Source: a virus
Lineage: Duplodnaviria; Heunggongvirae; Uroviricota; Caudoviricetes
DNA: 51,533 nt
IMG/VR virus record: IMGVR_UViG_2711768018_000019
Direction: 5' to 3' (one strand)
Shown here: in pieces, positions 7,918 through 16,592 of the stretch
How the letters are laid out: each line of letters begins with the position of its first letter
How positions within the stretch are numbered: the first letter of the stretch is position 1
Made by a program: the position numbers and the translations under genes
The notes under the pieces: model-generated
The model's database searches: none
Told to the model about the DNA's origin: nothing
What the model saw: the letters and a program-made list of their open reading frames with translations, nothing else

Positions 7918-8406
7918 ATGAGTCTTTTGAATGAAGTTCAGAAATTCATTGAAGCCCATCCGGGGTGTACTTCCGGAGACATTGCGGATGCTTTTGCAGG
8001 TTACTCACGGCAGCGCGTTCTGCAGTCAGCAAGCAAGTTACGTCAGAGTGGGCGTGTGGCTCACCGTTATGAAGGAGATACACGCAGACATTTCCCACGC
8101 CTGACTGAGAGAGCGCAGGAGCCGGAACCACAACCAGTTCGTGAAACCAGACCTGTGCGCAATTTCTATGTCGGCACTAACGATCCCCGGGTGATTTTGT
8201 GCCTGACCCGCCAGGCGGAAGAACTGGAGTCCAGGGGCTTATACCGTCGTGCTGCAACGGTGTGGATGGCGGCATTCCGTGAAAGCCACTCCCAGCCAGA
8301 ACGAAACAATTTTCTGGCGCGTCGTGAGCGGTGCTTACGGAAAAGCAGCAAGCGCGCTGCATCGGGTGAAGAGTGGTATCTGTCAGGGAATTACGTGGGG
8401 GCTTAA
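7918..8406 (+). CDS. Hypothetical protein with PerC/ANR-like C-terminal motif
   Basis: ATG at 7918 with RBS cagggggtgatc. The C-terminal segment LYRRAATVWMAAF resembles the PerC/ANR small-regulator family as I recall it. Confidence 0.35.
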   Translation: MSLLNEVQKFIEAHPGCTSGDIADAFAGYSRQRVLQSASKLRQSGRVAHRYEGDTRRHFPRLTERAQEPEPQPVRETRPVRNFYVGTNDPRVILCLTRQAEELESRGLYRRAATVWMAAFRESHSQPERNNFLARRERCLRKSSKRAASGEEWYLSGNYVGA

Positions 8407-9059
8407 TGAGTAATAAATATTGCCAGGCGCTGGTGGAGCTGCGGAACAAACCAGCCCATGAACTGAAGGAAGTGGGCGATCAGTGGCGCACGCCGGATAA
8501 CATTTTCTGGGGAATTAACACCCTGTTTGGCCCGTTTGTTCTGGATCTGTTCACTGATGGTGATAACGCCAAATGTGCCGCTTATTACACTGCGGAAGAC
8601 AACGCGCTGGCGCATGACTGGTCTGAACGTCTTGCGGAGCTTAAAGGTGCTGCCTTTGGTAATCCCCCGTACAGCCGCGCCAGTCAGCATGAAGGGCAAT
8701 ACATCACCGGCATGCGTTACATCATGAAACATGCCAGTGCCATGCGTGATAAGGGCGGACGCTATGTTTTCCTGATCAAAGCTGCCACCAGCGAAGTGTG
8801 GTGGCCGGAAGATGCAGATCATATTGCTTTTATTCGCGGGCGTATTGGTTTTGAACTGCCTGCCTGGTTTATCCCGAAGGACGAGAAGCAGGTGCCGACA
8901 GGCGCTTTCTTCGCTGGTGCTATTGCTGTTTTCGACAAGACCTGGAAGGGACCGGCAATCAGCTACATCGGGCGCGATGAACTTGAGGCATGTGGTGAGG
9001 CGTTTCTGGCGCAGGTTCGCCAGCAGGCGGAAAAACTGGTCAGGGAGATGGCGGCATGA
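8406..9059 (+). CDS. Phage Dam-family N6-adenine DNA methyltransferase
   Basis: 217 aa. Catalytic NPPY motif (AFGNPPYSR) and overall similarity to the phage N-6-adenine-methyltransferase family. Start overlaps the upstream stop (TAATG). Confidence 0.7.
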   Translation: MSNKYCQALVELRNKPAHELKEVGDQWRTPDNIFWGINTLFGPFVLDLFTDGDNAKCAAYYTAEDNALAHDWSERLAELKGAAFGNPPYSRASQHEGQYITGMRYIMKHASAMRDKGGRYVFLIKAATSEVWWPEDADHIAFIRGRIGFELPAWFIPKDEKQVPTGAFFAGAIAVFDKTWKGPAISYIGRDELEACGEAFLAQVRQQAEKLVREMAA

Positions 9060-9382
9060 CGACGTTAACTCAATGCCAGCAGCAGGTGCTGGATATGCTG
9101 ATTTCTTACCAGAAAGAACGTGGCTTCCCGCCAACCAATCAGGAGGTGGCAACCATGCTGGGATACCGTTCAGTGAATGCAGCGGTGGAACATCTTCGCG
9201 CACTGGAGAAAAAAGGCGTCATCACGATAAAGCGTGGCATGGCCCGGGGTATCACTCTTCATACCGCGGTGAAGGACGACGACAGCGAGGCGGTCGGGAT
9301 TATCCGCTCACTGCTTGCCGGTGAGGAAAACGCCAGGCTGCGTGCAACCCACTGGTTACATGAGAGAGGCCTGAAAGTATGA
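9056..9382 (+). CDS. LexA DNA-binding-domain-only protein
   Basis: 108-aa ORF (LTQCQQQVLDMLISYQKERGFPPTNQEVATMLGYRSVNAAVEHLRALEKKGVITI) closely parallels the LexA N-terminal winged helix. No S24 peptidase domain follows. Confidence 0.6.
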   Translation: MTTLTQCQQQVLDMLISYQKERGFPPTNQEVATMLGYRSVNAAVEHLRALEKKGVITIKRGMARGITLHTAVKDDDSEAVGIIRSLLAGEENARLRATHWLHERGLKV

Positions 9383-9768
9383 AGCTGATCCTGCCTTTCC
9401 CGCCCAGCGTGAACACGTACTGGCGACACCCCAACAAAGGGGCATTTGCTGGTAAGAGCCTGATAAGCGCGGCGGGGCGAAAATTTCAGAGCGCGGCGTG
9501 CGCAGCAATAGTTGAGCAGTTACGTCGTCTGCCAAAACCAACGTCGGCACCTGCTTCAGTGGAGATCGTGTTGTTTCCTCCGGATAACCGGATCCGCGAT
9601 CTGGACAACTATAACAAGGCGCTGTTTGACGCCCTGACCCACGCGGGGGTGTGGGAAGACGACAGCCAGGTGAAAAGAATGCTGGTGGAGTGGGGACCGG
9701 TTATCCAGAAAGGGAAGGTCGAGATCACTATCAGTAAGTATGAGAAACCGGCGGGTGCAGCCGCCTGA
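9379..9768 (+). CDS. rusA: RusA Holliday-junction resolvase
   Basis: 129 aa; PFPPSVNTYWRH ... RDLDNYNKALFDALTHAGVWEDDSQV matches RusA family catalytic motifs. Confidence 0.8.
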   Translation: MKLILPFPPSVNTYWRHPNKGAFAGKSLISAAGRKFQSAACAAIVEQLRRLPKPTSAPASVEIVLFPPDNRIRDLDNYNKALFDALTHAGVWEDDSQVKRMLVEWGPVIQKGKVEITISKYEKPAGAAA

Positions 9769-9787
9769 TCAAGAGGAGAAACGAAGT

Positions 9788-10597
9788 ATGAATAATCTGA
9801 TGGTCATTGATGGTATTGAAGTTCGTCGTGATGCTTATGGGCGTTACAGCCTGAACGATCTGCACAGGGCAGCCGGGGGAGAACAAAAAAACCGCCCGAA
9901 ATACTGGCTCTCCAATAAGCAAACCTGTGAATTGATTGAACAACTTTTCACCGAGGGTGGAATTCCGCCTCTGGAACAAAATCAACCAGTTAGCGTCATT
10001 AATGGCGGAAATAACCAGGGGACGTATGTCTGCAAAGAACTGGTGTATGCCTATGCAATGTGGATCAGCCCGTCATTCCATCTGAAGGTGATCCGTACTT
10101 TCGACATGGTAACCAGCGCACCGGAAAAATTATCCGGACAGGCTGCTGACAAGATGCAGGCTGGCGTGATCCTGCTGGACTTTATGCGCCGGGAATTAAA
10201 TCTGTCTAACTCATCAGTGCTTGGAGCCTGTCAGAAGCTTCAGGAGGCTGTTGGCTTACCGAATCTGGCACCGCGCTATGCCATTGATGCTCCTGCTGAC
10301 GCGCCTGATGGCTCAAGTCGCCCCACGCTGTCGCTGAGTGCACTGCTGAAGCAGTATGGTATCCGCCTGACGGCTAATCAGGCATATCACCAGATGGTGA
10401 AGCTGGGGATCGTTGAACAACGCGAACGATACAGCCGTACCGCGATTAACAACATCAAAAAATTCTGGTCGCTGACGGCGAAAGGCTGCATGTTCGGCAA
10501 GAACATCACCAGTCCTGCAAATCCGCGCGAGACGCAGCCGCATTTCTTCGAATCCCGATTCCCTGAGCTGTTAAAGCTGCTCGATACCGTTCATTGA
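9788..10597 (+). CDS. KilA-N domain protein
   Basis: ATG at 9788 with RBS agaggag. The N-terminal region (IDGIEVRRDAYGRYSLNDLHRAAGGEQKNRPKYWLSNKQTCELIEQL) follows the KilA-N pattern. Confidence 0.55.
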   Translation: MNNLMVIDGIEVRRDAYGRYSLNDLHRAAGGEQKNRPKYWLSNKQTCELIEQLFTEGGIPPLEQNQPVSVINGGNNQGTYVCKELVYAYAMWISPSFHLKVIRTFDMVTSAPEKLSGQAADKMQAGVILLDFMRRELNLSNSSVLGACQKLQEAVGLPNLAPRYAIDAPADAPDGSSRPTLSLSALLKQYGIRLTANQAYHQMVKLGIVEQRERYSRTAINNIKKFWSLTAKGCMFGKNITSPANPRETQPHFFESRFPELLKLLDTVH

Positions 10598-10598
10598 G

Positions 10599-11594
10599 GT
10601 GACCGTGAGAGCACTACTGACCCCTGAAATTGCCCCGCGTATGGGGATCGTATTGTTCAGGCCAGGTTCAGAGCTGATGCCCCTGTTTATGCAGGGGCGT
10701 GTTCTGCTGGAGCCTGAGCCGGAACGTTATTCATCTTTCGCCAGTGGTGCCGTTCCGGCGGCATCACAACCGCTGGCGGATGATCCTGCCGTTCGGGCCG
10801 TGTTCCGCAATGAGGCAGTGATCCGTCGTGCTGGTGGCGTGGAATGTCTTGAAAGCTGGTTACTTCGTGAAAAAGGCTGCCAGTGGCCTCATTCCGACTG
10901 GCACAGCGAGAACATGACCACAATGCGACACGCTCCGGGCGCAATCCGTCTGTGCTGGCACTGCGATAACCAGCTGCGCGATCAGTTCACGGAACGGCTG
11001 GAATCAATGGCAACGGATAACTGTGCCCGCTGGGTGTTGTCTGTTGTGCGTCGGGATCTCGGTTTTGATGATAGTCACGTTGTGACAATGCCGGAACTGT
11101 GCTGGTGGCTGATTCGTAATGACCTGGCGGATGCCTTACCGGAAAGTGCAGCCCGTAAGGCACTGAGATTACCAAAGCCTGTTGTGCCGTCTGTCACCCG
11201 GGAAAGTGACCTTGTGCCTTCGGTTCCTGCCACCAGCATCATCCAGGATAAGGCAAAAAAGGTGCTGGCGCTGAAAGTGGATCCGGAGTCGCCGGAGTCT
11301 TTTATGTTACGCCCAAAACGCCGCCGCTGGGTTAATGAAAAGTACACGCGCTGGGTTAAGACACAGCCGTGTGCATGTTGTGGAAAGCCTGCTGATGATC
11401 CCCACCACCTGATAGGCCACGGTCAGGGTGGAATGGGTACAAAAGCGCATGACCTCTTTGTGTTGCCTTTGTGCAGAAAGCATCACGACGAGCTGCATGC
11501 GGATACCGTGGCATTTGAAGAGAAGTATGGCTCCCAGCTGGAGCTGATATTTCGTTTTATCGATCGTGCGCTGGCAATTGGCGTATTGGCGTAA
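10599..11594 (+). CDS. DUF968 (YdfU-like) nin-region protein with C-terminal HNH-like zinc motif
   Basis: 331 aa; C-terminal CACCGKPADDPHHLIGHGQGG ... CRKHHDELH. Position before Q matches YdfU in Qin-type prophages. Start codon uncertain (GTG per ORF track). Confidence 0.5.
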   Translation: MTVRALLTPEIAPRMGIVLFRPGSELMPLFMQGRVLLEPEPERYSSFASGAVPAASQPLADDPAVRAVFRNEAVIRRAGGVECLESWLLREKGCQWPHSDWHSENMTTMRHAPGAIRLCWHCDNQLRDQFTERLESMATDNCARWVLSVVRRDLGFDDSHVVTMPELCWWLIRNDLADALPESAARKALRLPKPVVPSVTRESDLVPSVPATSIIQDKAKKVLALKVDPESPESFMLRPKRRRWVNEKYTRWVKTQPCACCGKPADDPHHLIGHGQGGMGTKAHDLFVLPLCRKHHDELHADTVAFEEKYGSQLELIFRFIDRALAIGVLA

Positions 11595-11607
11595 GTGGAG
11601 AACGAGC

Positions 11608-12360
11608 ATGAACCTTGAAGCCTTACCAAAATATTACTCCCCAAAATCTCCAAAATTGAGCGATGACGCACCGGCGACAGGCTCAGGTGGTTTAACGATT
11701 ACGGATGTGATGGCTGCGCAGGGGATGGTGCAGTCGAAAGCACCGCTTGGGTTTGCCTTATTCCTGGCAAAAGTTGGTGTTCAGGATCCTCAATTTGCGA
11801 TTGAAGGTCTGCTCAATTACGCGATGGCACTGGATAACCCGACATTGAACAAATTGAGTGAAGAAACCCGGTTACAGATCATCCCTTACCTTGTGAATTT
11901 TGCCTTTGCTGATTATTCCAGGTCTGCGGCAAGTAAGGCTCGCTGTGAGCATTGTGCTGGTACTGGATTTCATAATGTATTGCGCGAAGTGGTGAAACAC
12001 TCCAGAAGCGGGGAATCTGTTATCAAGGAAGAGTGGGTGAAGGAACTATGTCAGCATTGCCATGGTAAGGGAGAAGTCAGCACAGCGTGCAGAGGGTGTA
12101 AGGGTAAAGGTATTGTCCTGGATGAAAAAAGAACCCGGCTTCATGGTGTGCCTGTTTATAAGATTTGTGGGCGTTGCAATGGCAACCGGTTTAGCCGTTT
12201 ACCAACCACACTGGCGCGGCATCATGTCCAGAAACTGGTACCGGACCTGACGGATTATCAGTGGTACAAAGGATATGCAGACGTTATTAATAAACTGGTT
12301 ACAAAGTGCTGGCAGGAAGAAGCGTATGCTGAATCGCAATTGAGAAAAGTGACAAGATAG
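11608..12360 (+). CDS. Q: Late-gene antiterminator Q
   Basis: 250 aa from the ATG at 11608 (RBS ggag). Cys-rich zinc-finger region (CEHCAGTG ... CQHCHGKG ... CRGCKGKG ... CGRCNG), followed by a promoter plus terminator as expected for PR'/tR'. Confidence 0.6.
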   Translation: MNLEALPKYYSPKSPKLSDDAPATGSGGLTITDVMAAQGMVQSKAPLGFALFLAKVGVQDPQFAIEGLLNYAMALDNPTLNKLSEETRLQIIPYLVNFAFADYSRSAASKARCEHCAGTGFHNVLREVVKHSRSGESVIKEEWVKELCQHCHGKGEVSTACRGCKGKGIVLDEKRTRLHGVPVYKICGRCNGNRFSRLPTTLARHHVQKLVPDLTDYQWYKGYADVINKLVTKCWQEEAYAESQLRKVTR

Positions 12361-12391
12361 ATAATTTTCGCCGAAGATGTCGACGTGATAC

Positions 12392-12420
12392 TTGCATTTT
12401 TCAAAAAATATGGATAAGAT
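12392..12420 (+). promoter_or_regulatory. Candidate PR' late promoter
   Basis: -35 TTGCAT (12392-12397), 17-nt spacer, -10 TAAGAT (12415-12420), located 30 nt after the Q stop and about 45 nt before the tR'-like terminator. Confidence 0.4.
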
Positions 12421-12463
12421 TTTCTCAACGATGGGCCTTGTATGTCTACCGTTGGTAAATGTC

Positions 12464-12492
12464 AAAAACCCGCCGCTGAGCGGGTTTTTTGT
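12464..12492 (+). terminator. tR'-like rho-independent terminator
   Basis: aaaaacccgccgctgagcgggttttttg: GC stem plus T-run. A near-identical copy lies at 13143-13170. Confidence 0.65.
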
Positions 12493-12639
12493 GCCTGATG
12501 TCTCATGAAACTATGAAATGGATTGGTGCGTTAAACATTTTTTCTTATTATCTTTTAGATTTTGGAGAGATGGTTAACGTCTGTATTCCAGAAACTCGAT
12601 GGTTATTTAATAAATTAGTTTCAATGATGCTTCTAGGTT

Positions 12640-13065
12640 ATGACTGTAATGAAAAAGGTATTAATAGCAGCGATAGGTTTTTGTTTAGTTGGTTGTGCAG
12701 GTATGAAATTACCTGAGTATTCGCAAGTTAAAGCAAGTCCGTATTATACAGATTGCCGTGCGTTTGCCATGGATGTTTATAAAAATGATGGATACAGCAA
12801 AATTGCGAAAACTACTATCCTTAGCATGGATGATGTGAAAGCTAGATATATTGTGACAGGGTGTGTAGTTGCTATGGGGAAAAACACTGTAGAGGAAATC
12901 AAAGCTGATCTCTCTGCTAAAGGGAGTTCTTTTGGGCTTATCAGTGGAGCTTGTTCTAGTGCGGCATGTCGGGTTGATGTAGAGCAGCAAATGAACGCTT
13001 ATGTACTTGGTAGTTATTATGCTGCAAATAAAAAATTCCCGGATAAAATGAAAGCAGAGTTTTAA
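12640..13065 (+). CDS. Lipoprotein moron
   Basis: Signal peptide with lipobox (MKKVLIAAIGFCLVGCAG). AT-rich relative to flanking phage genes; flanked by duplicated terminators. Start is 12640 or 12649. Confidence 0.6.
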   Translation: MTVMKKVLIAAIGFCLVGCAGMKLPEYSQVKASPYYTDCRAFAMDVYKNDGYSKIAKTTILSMDDVKARYIVTGCVVAMGKNTVEEIKADLSAKGSSFGLISGACSSAACRVDVEQQMNAYVLGSYYAANKKFPDKMKAEF

Positions 13066-13142
13066 GCAAACCTTGTTTTCGATTATATGTCGAAGATAAA
13101 TGTTAGTAACGGCATAATAAGTAAATATATAGCTGTGATAGC

Positions 13143-13170
13143 AACCCGCCACTGAGCGGGTTTTTTGTAC
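13143..13170 (+). terminator. Rho-independent terminator (second copy of the tR'-like element)
   Basis: aacccgccactgagcgggttttttgtacc, differing from the 12467-12495 copy at two positions. Confidence 0.6.
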
Positions 13171-13264
13171 CCGTAAACTTGGTGCAGTACAGTAAACACG
13201 CTGGTGGTCGTGAATACTGACTTTTTATCTTGCTGGCTTTTTAGACAAGAGTTATTGGTATGTC

Positions 13265-13492
13265 ATGTTAACCAGAAGGGAAAAAGACATGCTAAAACAG
13301 CAAGATATGACAGAAACCGCCGCCGCAGTCCTTCATTTCTTACCTGCTGACAAGTGGGTAACGCCACGCATGATGACGAGAACTACCGGAGTAAGCGAAG
13401 CCCGGTGCCAGTTAATACTGACTCAGTTAGTTCTGGCGGGTCTGGCGAAGGATAACGGCGGGTACGGGAATAAATTCAGACGCTGCCAGTAA
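13265..13492 (+). CDS. Small hypothetical protein (75 aa)
   Basis: ORF between the lipoprotein moron and the methyltransferase; no family recognised. Confidence 0.3.
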   Translation: MLTRREKDMLKQQDMTETAAAVLHFLPADKWVTPRMMTRTTGVSEARCQLILTQLVLAGLAKDNGGYGNKFRRCQ

Positions 13493-13642
13493 TGGCGGTT
13501 TCCTGCTGTGAAAATGGGCGGCTGGTGGGTGTTGGTAGCACCTGCCAGCCATTCGCTCATGCTTACTGGTCACAAGCGAACCACGGCCCACTGCTTTAGC
13601 GCAAAAGCAGAGTGAGCCTACCAGAGTTACGCTTACTGATCC

Positions 13643-14695
13643 ATGAAAAATACTGTAAAAATAAACAGTGTTGATTTAATCAACGCTGATTGCCTGCATT
13701 TTATTCAGTCCCTGCCTGATGATTCCATTGACCTGATTGTTACCGATCCGCCTTACTTCAAGGTGAAACCCAACGGTTGGGACAATCAGTGGAAAGGGGA
13801 CGAAGATTACCTTAAGTGGCTGGACCACTGTCTGGCCCAGTTCTGGCGGGTGTTGAAACCTGCCGGAAGCCTTTACCTGTTCTGTGGGCATCGCCTGGCA
13901 TCTGATATTGAGATCATGATGCGTGAACGTTTCAACGTGCTTAACCATATCATCTGGGCGAAGCCGTCCGGACGTTGGAATGGGTGTAATAAAGAAAGTC
14001 TGCGCGCATATTTTCCTGCCACAGAGCGCGTTCTGTTTGCTGAACATTACCAGGGGCCATATCGCGGCAAAAGTGACGGCTATGCGGCAAAAGAAAGGGA
14101 ACTCAAACAGCACATAATGGCACCGCTGATATCGTATTTCAGGGATGCTCGTGCCGAACTGGGTATAACGGCAAAACAAATTGCCGAAGCCACAGGTAAG
14201 AAAAATATGGTTTCCCACTGGTTTGGTGCCAGTCAGTGGCAGTTGCCGAATGAGGCTGACTATCGGAAGTTACAGGCACTGTTTTCCCGTATAGCGGCAG
14301 AGAAGTTTCAGGAACAACAACTGGAACAACCACACCACCAGCTGGTGGCATCTTATGATTCACTGAATCGTAAATATTCTGAATTGCTGGATGAGTTTAA
14401 ATCTCTCCGGCGCTATTTCTCCGTATCAGTCTCCGTGCCTTATACCGATGTCTGGATGCATAAACCCGTTCAGTTCTACCCGGGGAAACATCCGTGTGAG
14501 AAACCGGCGGATATGCTCAGGCAAATAATCAATGCCAGTAGTCGACCAGGTGATCTGGTTGCTGATTTTTTTATGGGATCCGGTTCCACAATAAAAGCAG
14601 CAATGGCGCTGGGGCGTCGGGCCTTAGGTGTTGAGCTTGAGTCAGAGCGGTTTAATCAGACAGTGAAAGAGATAAACGAGCTGGTGGGGAAATAA
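13643..14695 (+). CDS. DNA methyltransferase (DPPY-motif N6-adenine/N4-cytosine family), apparently orphan
   Basis: 350 aa. Motif [11 protein letters not shown] near the N-terminus, with a C-terminal SAM-binding region (DFFMGSGST) typical of beta-class amino-methyltransferases. No adjacent restriction endonuclease. Confidence 0.75.
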
Positions 14696-14699
14696 TCTG

Positions 14700-14726
14700 G
14701 TGGCCACGTCAGGTGGCCTTTTTATT
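14700..14726 (+). terminator. Hairpin terminator upstream of the lysis cassette
   Basis: ggccac gtcag gtggcc followed by tttttat. Confidence 0.4.
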
Positions 14727-14762
14727 TCCATTACACAGCACCCGCATCTGCGAGGTGGGGTT

Positions 14763-14978
14763 ATGAAATCCATGGATAAGTTAACAACGGGTGTCGCCTA
14801 TGGCACCTCAGCAGGTAGTGCCGGGTACTGGTTTTTACAGTTGCTCGATAAAGTCACGCCCTCACAGTGGGCGGCAATAGGTGTGCTGGGTAGTCTGGTA
14901 TTTGGCTTGCTGACGTATCTGACAAACCTTTATTTCAAGATTAAAGAAGACAAGCGTAAGGCTGCACGGGGAGAGTAA
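14763..14978 (+). CDS. S: Phage-21-type pinholin (S21-like) with dual start
   Basis: [71 protein letters not shown] is near-identical to S21 as I recall it, including the Met1/Met4 dual-start arrangement. Confidence 0.75.
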
Positions 14979-14982
14979 TTCA

Positions 14983-15333
14983 ATGACTCAAAACTATGAA
15001 CTGATTGTGAAAGGGATCCGCAATTTTGAGAATAAAGTTACGGTAACTTTAGCGTTACGGGACAAAAAACGCTTTGACGGTGAAATTTTTGACCTGGACA
15101 TCTCGCTGGACCGTGTTGAAGGTGCCGCGCTGGAGTTTTATGAGGCAGCAGCCAGAAGGAGCATCAGACAGGTCTTCCTGGATGTTGCTGCCGGGTTATG
15201 TGAAGGGGATGAGCAGTCGCCGGAAAAGCGCCCCGTAATTTTAGATGCGCAGAATGTTTGGATAACCTACAAAGGAAAGCTACCAGGAAGAATTACTGGT
15301 TCTCTGAAGACTCCTCCGGAATCACAACCTTAA
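14983..15333 (+). CDS. YdfR-like (DUF1327) protein between holin and endolysin
   Basis: 116-aa ORF in the position YdfR occupies in the Qin prophage lysis cassette. Assignment is mainly positional. Confidence 0.4.
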   Translation: MTQNYELIVKGIRNFENKVTVTLALRDKKRFDGEIFDLDISLDRVEGAALEFYEAAARRSIRQVFLDVAAGLCEGDEQSPEKRPVILDAQNVWITYKGKLPGRITGSLKTPPESQP

Positions 15334-15396
15334 GTCACTGACCGGAACAGATAAACCTGTCCGTGGGCAGAAACCGATAAATCCTGATAAATATCC

Positions 15397-15930
15397 ATGA
15401 ACGCAAAAATCAGATACGGCCTGTCGGCTGCCGTTCTGGCACTGATTGCCGTCGGTGCGCCCGCGCCTGATATTCTCGACCAGTTTCTGGATGAAAAAGA
15501 AGGTAACCACACAACGGCATACCGCGATGGGTCCGGCATCTGGACCATCTGTCGGGGTGCCACGATGGTGGATGGAAAACCCGTTTTTCCCGGTATGAAA
15601 CTGTCGAAGGAAAAATGCGACCAGGTCAACGCCATTGAGCGTGATAAGGCGCTGGCATGGGTGGAGCGCAATATTAAAGTACCACTGACCGAGCCACAAA
15701 AAGCGGGTATCGCGTCATTTTGTCCCTATAACATTGGCCCCGGTAAGTGTTTTCCGTCGACGTTTTATAAGCGGCTGAATGCTGGTGATCGTAAAGGTGC
15801 ATGCGAGGCGATTCGCTGGTGGATAAAAGATGGTGGGCGCGATTGCCGCATACGTTCAAATAACTGCTATGGACAGGTTATTCGTCGTGACCAGGAAAGC
15901 GCATTAGCCTGTTGGGGGATAGATCAGTGA
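15397..15930 (+). CDS. R: SAR endolysin (GH24 lysozyme with N-terminal signal-anchor-release domain)
   Basis: Hydrophobic Gly/Ala-rich N-terminus ([16 protein letters not shown]) followed by the lysozyme catalytic region ([22 protein letters not shown]). Paired with a pinholin, as in phage 21. Confidence 0.8.
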   Translation: MNAKIRYGLSAAVLALIAVGAPAPDILDQFLDEKEGNHTTAYRDGSGIWTICRGATMVDGKPVFPGMKLSKEKCDQVNAIERDKALAWVERNIKVPLTEPQKAGIASFCPYNIGPGKCFPSTFYKRLNAGDRKGACEAIRWWIKDGGRDCRIRSNNCYGQVIRRDQESALACWGIDQ

Positions 15931-16394
15931 GCAGAGTCGCCGCGATTATTTATGCTCTGGTTATCTGCATCATCGTCTGCCTGTCGTGGGCGGTCAATCA
16001 TTACCGTGATAACGCCATCGCCTACAAAGAACAGCGTGATAAAAAAGTCAGTGAGCTGAAGCAGGCGACCGCCACCATTACTGACATGCAGCAACGCCAG
16101 CGTGCTGCTGATGTACTCGATGCTAAATACACGAAGGAGTTGGCTGATGCGAAAGCTGAAAATGATGCTCTTCGGCGCAAGCTTGATAATGGTGGTCGGG
16201 TGCTCGTCAAAGGAAAATGCCCTGTGCCATCCTCAGCCGAAACCTCCAGCGCCTCCGGCATGGGCAATGATGCCACCGTCGAACTCTCTCCAGTTGCTGG
16301 ACGAAACGTTCTCGGTATCCGGGACGGAATCATCAGAGACCAGACAGCACTGAGAACGCTTCAGGAATATATCAGGACGCAATGCCTTCGATGA
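15927..16394 (+). CDS. Rz: Rz-like inner-membrane spanin
   Basis: GTG start overlapping the R stop (GTGA). N-terminal TM segment ([19 protein letters not shown]) followed by a coiled-coil-like periplasmic domain. Confidence 0.6.
   Translation: MSRVAAIIYALVICIIVCLSWAVNHYRDNAIAYKEQRDKKVSELKQATATITDMQQRQRAADVLDAKYTKELADAKAENDALRRKLDNGGRVLVKGKCPVPSSAETSSASGMGNDATVELSPVAGRNVLGIRDGIIRDQTALRTLQEYIRTQCLR
16147..16353 (+). CDS. Rz1: Rz1-like outer-membrane lipoprotein spanin, embedded in the +1 frame of Rz
   Basis: [22 protein letters not shown] lipobox, then a Pro-rich mature region (PQPKPPAPP). Entirely nested within Rz. Confidence 0.6.
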   Translation: MRKLKMMLFGASLIMVVGCSSKENALCHPQPKPPAPPAWAMMPPSNSLQLLDETFSVSGTESSETRQH

Positions 16395-16565
16395 TAGCGA
16401 TAATTTTACTCATCATCCTTCACATTTGGCTCTGTAGACAGGGTGGTGATCACTTCTGGAGTGAATCCAGATTAAACATCTCATTGCTGATGCTTGAAGT
16501 TGAGCATCTGGCGCGCGGTAAGGGGCTGCGTTGAAATAAGAGCCAGTCATTAAAAATACCTGGAT

Positions 16566-16592
16566 TTAGCCTCGCATTCGCGGGGCTTTTTA
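16566..16592 (+). terminator. Hairpin terminator after the lysis cassette
   Basis: gcctcgcattcgcggggc followed by tttttatt. Confidence 0.4.

Noticed and set aside
8403-9203. 266-aa minus-strand ORF opposite the Dam-like methyltransferase and the LexA-DBD gene
   Set aside because: Antisense to two well-supported genes with recognisable motifs; no signals of its own.
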